Of a stretch of 64,000 nucleotides of DNA, positions 37,425 through 46,235 are shown piece by piece. How positions within the stretch are numbered: position 1 is the stretch's first letter; each line of letters opens with the position of its first letter. Under the pieces are notes generated by a model. It made no database searches, was not told the DNA's origin, and was given only the letters and a program-made list of their open reading frames with translations. This DNA comes from an uncultured Candidatus Saccharibacteria bacterium (lineage in GTDB: Bacteria; Patescibacteriota; Minisyncoccia; Phycocordibacterales; Phycocordibacteraceae), in contig CAYUQB010000001.1 of the NCBI GenBank assembly GCA_964446735.1, forward strand, positions 380,460-444,459. The letters are read 5' to 3'. A program made the position numbers and the translations under genes.

Positions 37425-38888
37425 ATGTCCTATCCTATTCCACCAGAGGTAAGTTCCGTAGCCACGAACCTTCGTAAAGAAGGCTTTGAGGCGTACCTCG
37501 TAGGTGGCTGCGTACGTGACCTATTTCTCAAACGAAGCCCTAAAGACTGGGATATTACTACAAATGCAAAACCTGAGGACATCCAGCGCATTTTCCCCGA
37601 CTCATTTTATGAGAATGACTACGGCACAGTTGGGGTTAAAACCGGATCAGAAGACCCTACCCTTTCGATTATTGAAGTTACCCCCTATCGCACAGAATCG
37701 GGGTATTCCGACAAGCGTAGGCCTGACGCCGTTGTGTTCGGCGAAAGTCTCGAGGGGGACCTGGCGCGCCGTGATTTCACCATAAACGCCATTGCCCTCG
37801 ACGAGTCTAAAGGACAAATCATTGATCCGTATAAAGGACAAAAGGACATCGAGGCCAAAGTGCTCCGCACCGTAGGTGACCCGAGTGAAAGATTTGAAGA
37901 GGACGCTCTCCGACTTATGCGGGCTGTACGCCTACTCGCTGAGCTTGGTTTTGCTCTCGATGCTGAAACTGCGAGCGCGATACAGGAAAAAGCCCAAAAT
38001 CTGAGGCATATTTCACGTGAAAGGATTAGGGACGAATTTGTCCGAATTCTTGAATCTGACCAGCCAATGATGGCTCTCGCACTCGCTCAAAAGCTTGGTT
38101 TGCTGGAATTCATCGCTCCTGACGTTTCACGTGGAATAGGTGTAGATCAGAATCAAGCTCACAGCTATGACGTTTTTGAGCACAATTTGCGGGCTCTGCA
38201 GCATGCTGCCGACAAGGGTTGGGCTCTGGATCTTCGGCTCGCAGCGCTTTTTCATGACATTTCTAAGCCTGAGACTCGTAGATGGTCTGATGAAAAGAGG
38301 GACTGGACATTCCATGGTCACGAAGTAGTTGGAGCACGCGTCGCTAAAAGGGCGCTAGAAGACCTCCGTTTTTCACGTGAAATCATCGAAAAAGTGACTA
38401 AATTGGTTCGTTGGCACATGTTCTTCTCTGATCCGGAACAAATAACTCTTTCTGCTGTTAGGCGAATGATAAGGAACGTCAATCAGGAAAACATATGGGA
38501 TTTGCTTAACTTGCGGATTTGCGACCGTATTGGCACGGGTCGGCCAAAGGAGCAGCCGTTCCGCTTCAGGAAGTACAAGGCGATGGTGGAAGAAGCGCTC
38601 AGAGACCCAATTTCCGTCGGAATGCTCAAAACCGATGGTAGCCGGATTATGAGCCGCTTTCACGTGGAACCGGGTCCCAAAATAGGCCATATTCTTCACG
38701 CCTTGCTTGAGGAAGTCCTTGAGGACCCTCAAAAAAACTCCGAAGAGCTTCTCGATAAGAGAACGGAGGAGCTCCTAAGCCTCTCAGAGGCTGAACTTGC
38801 AAAGCGGGGCGAGGCTGGAAAACGTAAGAAAAGCGAGGAAGAGGAGAGGGAAGTCCAGGAAATACTCAAAAAACACCACGTGGCCTAG
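37425..38888 (+). CDS. cca: CCA tRNA nucleotidyltransferase with HD domain
   Basis: LVGGCVRD..DWDITT, DLARRDFTINA, RFEEDALR, LFHDISK. Confidence 0.92.
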   Translation: MSYPIPPEVSSVATNLRKEGFEAYLVGGCVRDLFLKRSPKDWDITTNAKPEDIQRIFPDSFYENDYGTVGVKTGSEDPTLSIIEVTPYRTESGYSDKRRPDAVVFGESLEGDLARRDFTINAIALDESKGQIIDPYKGQKDIEAKVLRTVGDPSERFEEDALRLMRAVRLLAELGFALDAETASAIQEKAQNLRHISRERIRDEFVRILESDQPMMALALAQKLGLLEFIAPDVSRGIGVDQNQAHSYDVFEHNLRALQHAADKGWALDLRLAALFHDISKPETRRWSDEKRDWTFHGHEVVGARVAKRALEDLRFSREIIEKVTKLVRWHMFFSDPEQITLSAVRRMIRNVNQENIWDLLNLRICDRIGTGRPKEQPFRFRKYKAMVEEALRDPISVGMLKTDGSRIMSRFHVEPGPKIGHILHALLEEVLEDPQKNSEELLDKRTEELLSLSEAELAKRGEAGKRKKSEEEEREVQEILKKHHVA

Positions 38889-39089
38889 CTTTCACGTGAA
38901 ATACCTCAAATAGAAAGAGGCCCTACGAAATGGACATAAGCTTTACGTGCATTTCGTAGGGCCTCTTCACTTTCGATGCATACCGCGTTTGGAGGCGTAA
39001 AATTGGAGCTGGGGCTTGTTTTGGTTTCCTCCAGGAGATATGTGGGTTTGCATCGATCTTCAAAGAACTTGATGCGCTTTCACGTGAAA
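38011..39089. repeat. cluster of six parS-like palindromes
   Basis: TTTCACGTGAAA at 38011, 38371, 38890 and 39078; TTTCACGTGGAA at 38125 and 38658. These match the core of the canonical parS TGTTTCACGTGAAACA. Confidence 0.8.
38915..38967. terminator. 18-bp perfect inverted repeat (probable bidirectional terminator)
   Basis: AAGAGGCCCTACGAAATG (38915-38932) / CATTTCGTAGGGCCTCTT (38950-38967). Confidence 0.75.
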
Positions 39090-39245
39090 TCACGGCTGAA
39101 CCCTCTTTTAATTCAGGAGATACGCTCCGATTACGTAGGACGGCCTTTTTCGCGTGTTTACGCCTGATCGAAAGAACTCTCAAAGAACAACCGTCCCGGG
39201 ATTGCTCTTTGAAGTCTCTCGACCATTGAGCCGTCCCGCTGTTCT
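38915..39245 (-). ncRNA. candidate ~330-nt structured ncRNA of unknown class
   Basis: TATACT -10 at 39248-39253, several long-range complementary segments, a G-U pair favouring the minus strand, and a terminator at the end; no credible ORF. Confidence 0.45.
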
Positions 39246-39300
39246 TTAGTATATTTCCTTATAGGACAATGTAAAGGACATGGATCTGTGGATATGTCCT

Positions 39301-40092
39301 TTAGATTTCTATAGACACTGGGCAGTGATCTGACCCCTCTACTTCTGGGTGCACATCTCCTTTCTGTATATGTTTTGCGAAAGATTTGGTCGCGAACACG
39401 TAATCAATGCGCCAACCGACATTTCGCTCCCGAGCGTTACCCCAGTGGCTCCACCACGTATAGAATCCATTCCCTTGTTTAAACATTCGGAACGTATCAA
39501 CGAAGCCCGCATTGATGATATTATCGATACCCTCACGCTCCTCTCTCGTAAATCCTTTCATCCCTTCATTTTCCTTTGGTCGAGCAAGGTCGTCTGCGGT
39601 GTGTGCAACGTTTAAATCACCACAGAAAATAACAGGTTTTTCTTCTTCAAGGCGCTTCATGTATTCAAGGAAAGCGGGGTCCCAATGTTTGTGACGAAGG
39701 GTGAGACGCGAAAGATCATCCTTGGCATTCGGCGTGTAGACCGACACTACGTAAAAATCATGCATATCGGCTGCGACGATTCTTCCTTCCTGGTTCGGGT
39801 CGCCATATCCATCTCCTGCAAGTCCCCATTTTTCTGCTAGGTCGTCGGGCATGCCGAAGATGACGTCGTTGGGTGTCATCTTGGTGAATATTGCGGTACC
39901 GCTGTACCCCTTCTTTTTCGCGGAACTCCAGAACTCCTCATAGTCCGGGAGATCCAGCGGAGATTGGTGCTGCTCTGCTTTTGTTTCTTGAAGGCAGAGA
40001 ATATCTGGCTTGTACTTCTTAATGAAGGGGAGGAAGAGTCCTTTCTTATGAACGGCGCGTATGCCGTTCACGTTCCAGCTCATGATGCGCAT
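39301..40092 (-). CDS. xth: exodeoxyribonuclease III
   Basis: SWNVNGIRA, LCLQETK, GDLNVAH, GWRIDY, GSDHCPV. Confidence 0.96.
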   Translation of the reverse strand: MRIMSWNVNGIRAVHKKGLFLPFIKKYKPDILCLQETKAEQHQSPLDLPDYEEFWSSAKKKGYSGTAIFTKMTPNDVIFGMPDDLAEKWGLAGDGYGDPNQEGRIVAADMHDFYVVSVYTPNAKDDLSRLTLRHKHWDPAFLEYMKRLEEEKPVIFCGDLNVAHTADDLARPKENEGMKGFTREEREGIDNIINAGFVDTFRMFKQGNGFYTWWSHWGNARERNVGWRIDYVFATKSFAKHIQKGDVHPEVEGSDHCPVSIEI

Positions 40093-40113
40093 ACCCGTAT
40101 TCTACGCTATCAC

Positions 40114-41031
40114 CTATTGCTGACGGGAGTGGAACCGTTTATGAATTTCGCGTAAATGTGAGTCGGTAACGTGTGTATAGATCTGAGTAGTATTGATAGA
40201 CGCGTGCCCAAGAAGGGCCTGAACGCTACGTAAATCGGCGCCGTTAGATAAAAGATCGGTGGCGAACACATGACGAAGCGTGTGGGGCGTGACCTTGGTG
40301 GTAATGCCTGCTTTGGCAGCGTACGTCTTAATGTGTCGTTGCACATCTCGGGGGGTAATGCGGTGGAGTCGATTTGGTCGCCCTTCGACAAAAAGAGCTT
40401 CTTCCATGTCTTTGCGTTCTTTTAGGTACTCCATGACCGCAGCTTTCGCAGCAGGCGAGAGAAAGACTACTCGAACTTTCTCACCCTTACCTCGCACGGA
40501 CAGGTCATCGCGGGATAGATCGATATCAGCATTCAAGGCACAAAGCTCTGCGACACGTAGGCCAGTTGAGAAAAGAAGCTCCAATATGGCTTTATCGCGC
40601 AACAACCTAATACGTTTGTCTTGATCTTCTTCCTTCTTCAGCGCGTCCTCTGGAGCACGAAGGAGTCGAGTTAGTTCCTGAGCAGTGACGACGTCGATCT
40701 GTCGTTCGGGGAGTTTTGCAAGTTCAATACGTTCCGGATTTAGGCCCTCAATACCACGCCTACGCAGATACTTGAGGAATGCTCGCAGTGCGATGAGGTA
40801 GTAGTTTTGCGTGCGACGCTTCATGGTCGCATTCCCCGTACCCGGCTGACGATTGAGCCAGAGTCGGAATTCGCGAATTCGATCTTCCGTAATGTCTCCG
40901 ACCTGCTCGATCTTCATTTGATCGAAGAACACTGCAAGGTAGTGGTCGTAGTTTTCGACTGTTTTCACGGCTCGCCCCTTCTCAATCTCGGTGTATTCGA
41001 GAAATTCGCGCTTCATTTGAGCCGCATTCAT
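40114..41031 (-). CDS. XerC/D-like tyrosine recombinase
   Basis: RDKAILELLFSTGLRVAEL, GKGEKVR, HTLRH.FAT, LLGH..TTQIY; start placed at MNAAQ after TATACT. Confidence 0.93.
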   Translation of the reverse strand: MNAAQMKREFLEYTEIEKGRAVKTVENYDHYLAVFFDQMKIEQVGDITEDRIREFRLWLNRQPGTGNATMKRRTQNYYLIALRAFLKYLRRRGIEGLNPERIELAKLPERQIDVVTAQELTRLLRAPEDALKKEEDQDKRIRLLRDKAILELLFSTGLRVAELCALNADIDLSRDDLSVRGKGEKVRVVFLSPAAKAAVMEYLKERKDMEEALFVEGRPNRLHRITPRDVQRHIKTYAAKAGITTKVTPHTLRHVFATDLLSNGADLRSVQALLGHASINTTQIYTHVTDSHLREIHKRFHSRQQ

Positions 41032-41101
41032 AGCAAAAGTATACCAAGCAGAGTGCGCACAATATGGAGCTGCCCGGGGAGGACCCGGGCAGCCACAAGG
41101 T

Positions 41102-41437
41102 TCATTGTGCAGCAACGCGAAGCGCTTGCGGTGCGATGCACTCAACGACCCAACATCCGGCGCCGCATCTCATGAGCGCAACGTGCTCGAACATCAGGTG
41201 CGCTTCCTGCTGAGCAGGGAAGTGCCAGTAGCAGAACTGTTCGTCCTGACACTGCGGTGGTGCAAGGAAGCGGTCGAACCCCGCGGTCTCGGCAACCGGC
41301 ACGAGCACCACAAAGCGGTCGATGTCGCTTTGCAAGCCAGCAAAGTGTCGAGCGGAGAAGTCTGCGACATCCTCTTCGTCGAGGGAGGGGCAGACTTCGC
41401 TCGGACACCAAGAAATTATTCGTACAAAAGTGTCCAT
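41102..41437 (-). CDS. hypothetical Cys-containing protein
   Basis: ATG at 41437 preceded by GGGGG; followed by a hairpin (GCTGCCCGGG/CCCGGGCAGC, ~41069-41093). Confidence 0.5.
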   Translation of the reverse strand: MDTFVRIISWCPSEVCPSLDEEDVADFSARHFAGLQSDIDRFVVLVPVAETAGFDRFLAPPQCQDEQFCYWHFPAQQEAHLMFEHVALMRCGAGCWVVECIAPQALRVAAQ

Positions 41438-41534
41438 TTCAGCCCCCATCTCACAGGAAAGAGGAACGCCACTACGGCCTTTCTTCACCCTACAACACTT
41501 GCGCTTTTAATCAAGGTGTGGTAAGGTATGGCCA

Positions 41535-41801
41535 ATGCTTACGAAACGAGTAAAGACGGCCGCAATTAAAGATGCGGCTCGCCACGAAGGTGACACTGGC
41601 TCGCCAGAGGTTCAGGTGGCAGTTTTGTCGCGCAAGATCGACGAGCTAACGAAGCACCTGAAGAAAAATCAGAAGGACTTCCATAGCCGCCGTGGCCTCC
41701 TACAGATGGTGGCTGACCGCCGCGCACATCTGCGCTACCTCGAGAAGAATGACAAGCGTCGCTACAGCGCGCTCATCAAGAAGCTCGGCCTCAAGAAGTA
41801 G
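41535..41801 (+). CDS. rpsO: 30S ribosomal protein S15
   Basis: DTGSPEVQVA, KDFHSRRGLL. Confidence 0.97.
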   Translation: MLTKRVKTAAIKDAARHEGDTGSPEVQVAVLSRKIDELTKHLKKNQKDFHSRRGLLQMVADRRAHLRYLEKNDKRRYSALIKKLGLKK

Positions 41802-41916
41802 CCTCGCGTAAGCCCCGACAGGGGTTTTCGCTTTTACCTAGAGTCAGTAAGCAGGTGCTAGGATAGGGAACAGAGTTCCTCCAAGCACGATTTTATGAAA
41901 CGTTAGTTTATTTTTT

Positions 41917-42432
41917 ATGCCTGTAATCAAGCACCCAGCGCAGCGTGTAGGAGTGTTCATCGATACCCAGAACCTCTACCACAGTGCCAAGCATCTCTAT
42001 AAAGCGCGAGTTAATTTCGCGAAAGTTCTCGAAGAAGCAGTAGGGGACCGCGTCCTCGTCCGGGCCATTGCCTATGTAATTTCGACCGAAAGCGGAGAGG
42101 AGTCAGCATTCTTCGAAGCACTTACTAAGATTGGCATCGAGACCAAAGTGAAGGATCTTCAAGTCTTTTCCGATGGCGCCAAGAAGGCTGATTGGGACGT
42201 AGGACTTGCCATCGATGCAGTGAAATTGGCTCCGAAATTGGATACGGTCATTATCGCTTCTGGAGATGGTGACTTCGTCCCACTCATCGAATACCTCGAT
42301 ATGAATGAAGGCTGCCAAGTCGAAGTTATTTCATTCGGCAAGTCATCATCCTCGAAACTGAAGGAGGCGGCGCATGCATTCACTGACATGTGCGAAGACC
42401 CCAAACAATTCCTCATCGGGCATCGCGGATAA
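41917..42432 (+). CDS. NYN domain protein (LabA/DUF88)
   Basis: VFIDTQNL, KADWDVGLAIDA, SGDGDFVPL. Confidence 0.92.
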   Translation: MPVIKHPAQRVGVFIDTQNLYHSAKHLYKARVNFAKVLEEAVGDRVLVRAIAYVISTESGEESAFFEALTKIGIETKVKDLQVFSDGAKKADWDVGLAIDAVKLAPKLDTVIIASGDGDFVPLIEYLDMNEGCQVEVISFGKSSSSKLKEAAHAFTDMCEDPKQFLIGHRG

Positions 42433-42506
42433 CATCTACCAGAAGAACCGCTACATGCACATGCAGGTAGCGGTTCTTCTCTACCGACACCGGTTATACT
42501 TTGCAC

Positions 42507-43847
42507 ATGGCTGATGCCGGCTCCGATAATCCGTACATTCGTACGTATGCGAAAGATTTTGCTGCGCTTTCAGGTAAGCCGCAGTCACCGACCGCTACAC
42601 TCACTCCACCTCCTGCCGATACGGCGGCTCCATCTCCTGAATCAGACCGAGACGCGGTGCTCACCCGCCTACGGGAACGTGCGGTAAAAGACCCCGTATC
42701 AGAAAGTCAGCTTCTGCCGAACAAACTCCCGACTCCACAGCCAATTGCTGAAGCGCTTCCTACCCAGAACCCGCCCGAACCCGTGCATTCTGAACTACCT
42801 CCTCCGCCACCGGCCCCAGTCCTTACTCCGCCTCCACTTCCTCCAACTCCGATCCCACCACCTCCACCCCCCATACCGCTCACACCTAAGCTCGCGCCAC
42901 CTCCAGCAAAGCCGGAGGGTCCGAGTCCTATCCATACATATACGAGCGATTTTGCGGACCGCATTGATCAAGACAAAGCATCAACATTCTCCGTGCTCGC
43001 AGCCCAGTCAGATGCCGCGCCCCATCAAGCGATGCGACTCCCATCGGGTCCTGCGTTCCGCAATATTGGTATCGCGGTCGCCGGAATAGTTCTGGTCATT
43101 CTAGGAGGCGGAGGGGCATATGCCGCATATCGCTATGTCGCTTCGCGAGGATTTGTTCCAGTACTGCCCACAGTGCCGTCGCTCATATTTGCAGATGACC
43201 GTCAGATGCTCTCGGGAGAGGGGAGGGACTTACTTGAAGCGCTCGCCACCTCGGCGGCAAACGGACCAGCGACCGGAGAGGTGCGTGTTGTGTACATCGC
43301 GGTAGCAACCAGCACTCCTGACGGAGGAACGACAAACACGCCGCTTACGGGAGGACGCCTCGTCGGTGCACTCCAACTCACGGCGCCTGACATTCTGCTA
43401 CGCAACATTGGCCCAGAAAGTACGGTGGGGGTTGTGCATGCTGGGGAGGAAAGTCGGGCATTCTTTATCCTAAAAGTCCTCTCATACGAGCGAACGTTTG
43501 CAGGCATGCTGCAATGGGAACGAGACATGCAAGACGATCTTGCTGTTCTGTATCCCTTGTATCCGGAAGCTCCTCTCGCAGCACCCACCATCGCGACCAC
43601 TACGAAAGTTGTGAACGGAAAGACAATAGTGGCCACTACCACTGTGGCCGCACCCTTACCTCGCACCGACCCCCCTCGCTTTATCGACGAAATAGTTGCC
43701 AATCACGACGTCCGTGCGCTCAAAGACGGGGCAGGGAGAACCATTCTGTTGTACGGGTACAAAGGGAAGGATCTGCTAGTCATTGCACGGGATGAAGCAG
43801 CATTCACCGAGTTGGTACGACGACTTTCCGCTACCAAGCAGCAATGA
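42507..43847 (+). CDS. Pro-rich single-pass membrane protein
   Basis: Poly-Pro N-terminal region, one TM (IAVAGIVLVILGGGGAYAAY) and a globular C-terminus. Confidence 0.8.
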   Translation: MADAGSDNPYIRTYAKDFAALSGKPQSPTATLTPPPADTAAPSPESDRDAVLTRLRERAVKDPVSESQLLPNKLPTPQPIAEALPTQNPPEPVHSELPPPPPAPVLTPPPLPPTPIPPPPPPIPLTPKLAPPPAKPEGPSPIHTYTSDFADRIDQDKASTFSVLAAQSDAAPHQAMRLPSGPAFRNIGIAVAGIVLVILGGGGAYAAYRYVASRGFVPVLPTVPSLIFADDRQMLSGEGRDLLEALATSAANGPATGEVRVVYIAVATSTPDGGTTNTPLTGGRLVGALQLTAPDILLRNIGPESTVGVVHAGEESRAFFILKVLSYERTFAGMLQWERDMQDDLAVLYPLYPEAPLAAPTIATTTKVVNGKTIVATTTVAAPLPRTDPPRFIDEIVANHDVRALKDGAGRTILLYGYKGKDLLVIARDEAAFTELVRRLSATKQQ

Positions 43848-43880
43848 TTTTGCTGGTCCACAGCATGCTACAGTACTCGC

Positions 43881-44231
43881 ATGGAAACCGGACCGTATAA
43901 AGAATTACTCGAACAGGAGAAAGCGACGCTTGAGGCGGAGCTTGCAACTGTAGGGCGCCGCAACCCCGCGAACCCCGCAGACTGGGAAGCAGTTCCAACT
44001 GAAACGGGTCTTGAATCTGACCCGAATGACCAGGCTGACCTCATGGAAGGCTACAGCGAAAACAACGCTATCCTGACCGACCTTGAAACACGCTATCAGC
44101 ACATTCTTGATGCGCTCGGTCGCATCGACGCGGGAACCTATGGAATCTGCAGCGTGGGAGGGGAACCGATAGAGGCTGAACGGCTCGCTGCCGATCCTGC
44201 AGCAACAACTTGTAAGGCACATCTAACATAA
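43881..44231 (+). CDS. TraR/DksA family protein
   Basis: DPNDQAD tip, ALGRIDAGTYGIC..I..ERL..P....C. Confidence 0.88.
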   Translation: METGPYKELLEQEKATLEAELATVGRRNPANPADWEAVPTETGLESDPNDQADLMEGYSENNAILTDLETRYQHILDALGRIDAGTYGICSVGGEPIEAERLAADPAATTCKAHLT

Positions 44232-44237
44232 CTATCC

Positions 44238-44873
44238 ATGAACACTTTTTCTATTAAAGAGAGCCTCGCCTTCGGATGGCGCACGTTCAAGCTTCGGCCG
44301 TGGTTCTTTGTCTCCGTTTCTCTCATGGTGCTTGTGGTGAGCATGCTCTCTGGATTCCTTCAGGGTGTCATTACTGACCTTTCTGGCCAGACGATTGGTA
44401 GCATCGCATCACTTGCGATCTCGCTTGCAGTCAACACATTCATCAGCATGGGTGTCATCGCGCTGTACCTCAAAGCTCATGACGGTGTGGGCGCGGCCCG
44501 TCTTGCTCACCTGTGGCATCCGGCTCCCTTCTGGCGCTATCTTAGTACGATTCTTCTTCTTGCCATTGGTACACTCATCGGTCTCATTCTTCTCATCATT
44601 CCAGGCATCATCTTTGCTCTTGCGTGCGGTTTCGCACGCGTCATCGTGATCGATCGAGAACTTTCGCCTGTCCACGCACTCAAAGAAAGCGCACGCATGA
44701 CAAAGGGGAAGCGTCTACATATCCTTCTCTTTGTACTCAGTATTACGGCCATAAACTTCCTTGGCGCACTTGCGCTCCTGGTTGGCCTCTTCGTTACGAT
44801 GCCGGTCTCAGTTCTGGCAACTATGCACGTATACCGCTCACTTGCGCGGGAAAACGTACCGGTAGCAGCCTAA
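44238..44873 (+). CDS. integral membrane protein
   Basis: Multiple TMs with LLIIPGI and ALKES..MTKG patterns. Confidence 0.8.
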   Translation: MNTFSIKESLAFGWRTFKLRPWFFVSVSLMVLVVSMLSGFLQGVITDLSGQTIGSIASLAISLAVNTFISMGVIALYLKAHDGVGAARLAHLWHPAPFWRYLSTILLLAIGTLIGLILLIIPGIIFALACGFARVIVIDRELSPVHALKESARMTKGKRLHILLFVLSITAINFLGALALLVGLFVTMPVSVLATMHVYRSLARENVPVAA

Positions 44874-44953
44874 CGAACACCTCGACAAAGACCTCGCCGA
44901 AATAATCGGCGAGGTCTTTATATATTCCCTATTGAAGTAGACGCCGGAGCGAG

Positions 44954-46054
44954 CTAGCGGCAGAACGGATTCGCCGCCTTGTGAACTTCGAAGTGGAGGT
45001 GGTTACCGGTAGATTTACCAGTAGATCCCACATATCCGATGAGTTCACCCTTACCAACGGTTGCCCCTGCGGCCGTTGCCGTACGTGTCATGTGGGCATA
45101 TAGCGTCTGGGCACCGCTCGCATGGTTGATCACGACGTAATTGCCGTACCCGCCGTTCCACCCACCATTTGCGAGAGAGATGATGACCTTACCAGCTGCA
45201 GATGCATAAATAGGAGTGCCATTCGGAGCAGCGATATCGACACCGTTATTACCGTGACGAGTCTGCGTACAGCGTCCAGCTGGAAGCGGATTGCTGAAGC
45301 CTGAAATCGTCGGGAGCGTTACCGTCTTCTTGGCACCTGGCTTCTTCGTCGGTGTGGGGGCCGCTACCGGTTCGCCGTTCGGGATGATGATCTTTGTCCC
45401 TACAATGAGCGGTTCACCCGAATCAAGGCCGTTATATGAAAGTATGTCCTCGGTACTGCCGCCGTACTTCTTTGCAAGTGATGCGACGGTCTCACCCGAA
45501 CGTACCGTGTGTTCAATACCAGTGACCGGAAGGATGACGAGGGTCTGGCCAGGGGTGAGTTTGCTCTTAGCCGTGAGATTGTTGGCCCAGAGGATGGTAT
45601 TTACTGAAATACCGTTCTTCGCCGCAATGGAAGAGAGCGTATCGCCTGATTCGATGATATAGGTACGGATTTCGCCACCTTCTGCTCGATGCACGATATC
45701 GGCAAGGGTCCCATCTGGACCAGCGTTCGCCATAAGTGCGGAACCTTCGGAAACATATACGCCACTCTCTCCCTTTTCCGGATTCGGATCAGGGTTTAAT
45801 GCAGCGGCAAGGAGCGGGAGGTTACTGCTATGGACGATAGGGGGCTCACCTCCTGACGAAGACGCACGCAGCATAGTAAAAGGCCAAAACGCGTTGGTCG
45901 CGATGGGAAGGGAAAGCAATGAGGCGCCCGCTAGAAGCGCCAAGGTGCCAGTGGCTACCGTGTTCCAATATGCATTCCGACTGCGCGAGCGATTATGAGT
46001 TGAATCGGAAGGTGTAGGTGTGGAAGAAATACGTGGTCGAGGGCGTTCAGGCAA
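44954..46054 (-). CDS. LysM + M23 peptidase cell-wall hydrolase
   Basis: Two LysM repeats (GDTLSSIA, GETVASLA); HNGVDI-like, YAHM and TGNHLHFEV motifs. Confidence 0.92.
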   Translation of the reverse strand: MPERPRPRISSTPTPSDSTHNRSRSRNAYWNTVATGTLALLAGASLLSLPIATNAFWPFTMLRASSSGGEPPIVHSSNLPLLAAALNPDPNPEKGESGVYVSEGSALMANAGPDGTLADIVHRAEGGEIRTYIIESGDTLSSIAAKNGISVNTILWANNLTAKSKLTPGQTLVILPVTGIEHTVRSGETVASLAKKYGGSTEDILSYNGLDSGEPLIVGTKIIIPNGEPVAAPTPTKKPGAKKTVTLPTISGFSNPLPAGRCTQTRHGNNGVDIAAPNGTPIYASAAGKVIISLANGGWNGGYGNYVVINHASGAQTLYAHMTRTATAAGATVGKGELIGYVGSTGKSTGNHLHFEVHKAANPFCR

Positions 46055-46235
46055 TCTTCATGGGTACAAAATAAGGCTCTATCGAGCCATATTCTTGCGT
46101 ATCAGCGTATCGAGTGACCTCGCTAGTATACCGTCCGGGGAGGGGTGGTCAACGGGTTGACAGGGTACCTGTTGAAAATGTGAAGAATGCGCCCTATTTT
46201 TGGCGCCATAAAAACGCTCGCGTTATAGTAAGCAG

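Noticed and set aside
40114-41031. Tyrosine recombinase near tRNAs as a possible prophage/ICE integrase
   Set aside because: XerC/D-like size and motifs, a native-type promoter, core-gene flanks, and no duplicated tRNA end or phage genes.
41105-41524. 139-aa plus-strand ORF
   Set aside because: No initiation signal; the minus-strand ORF 41102-41437 has an SD-like site and a terminator.
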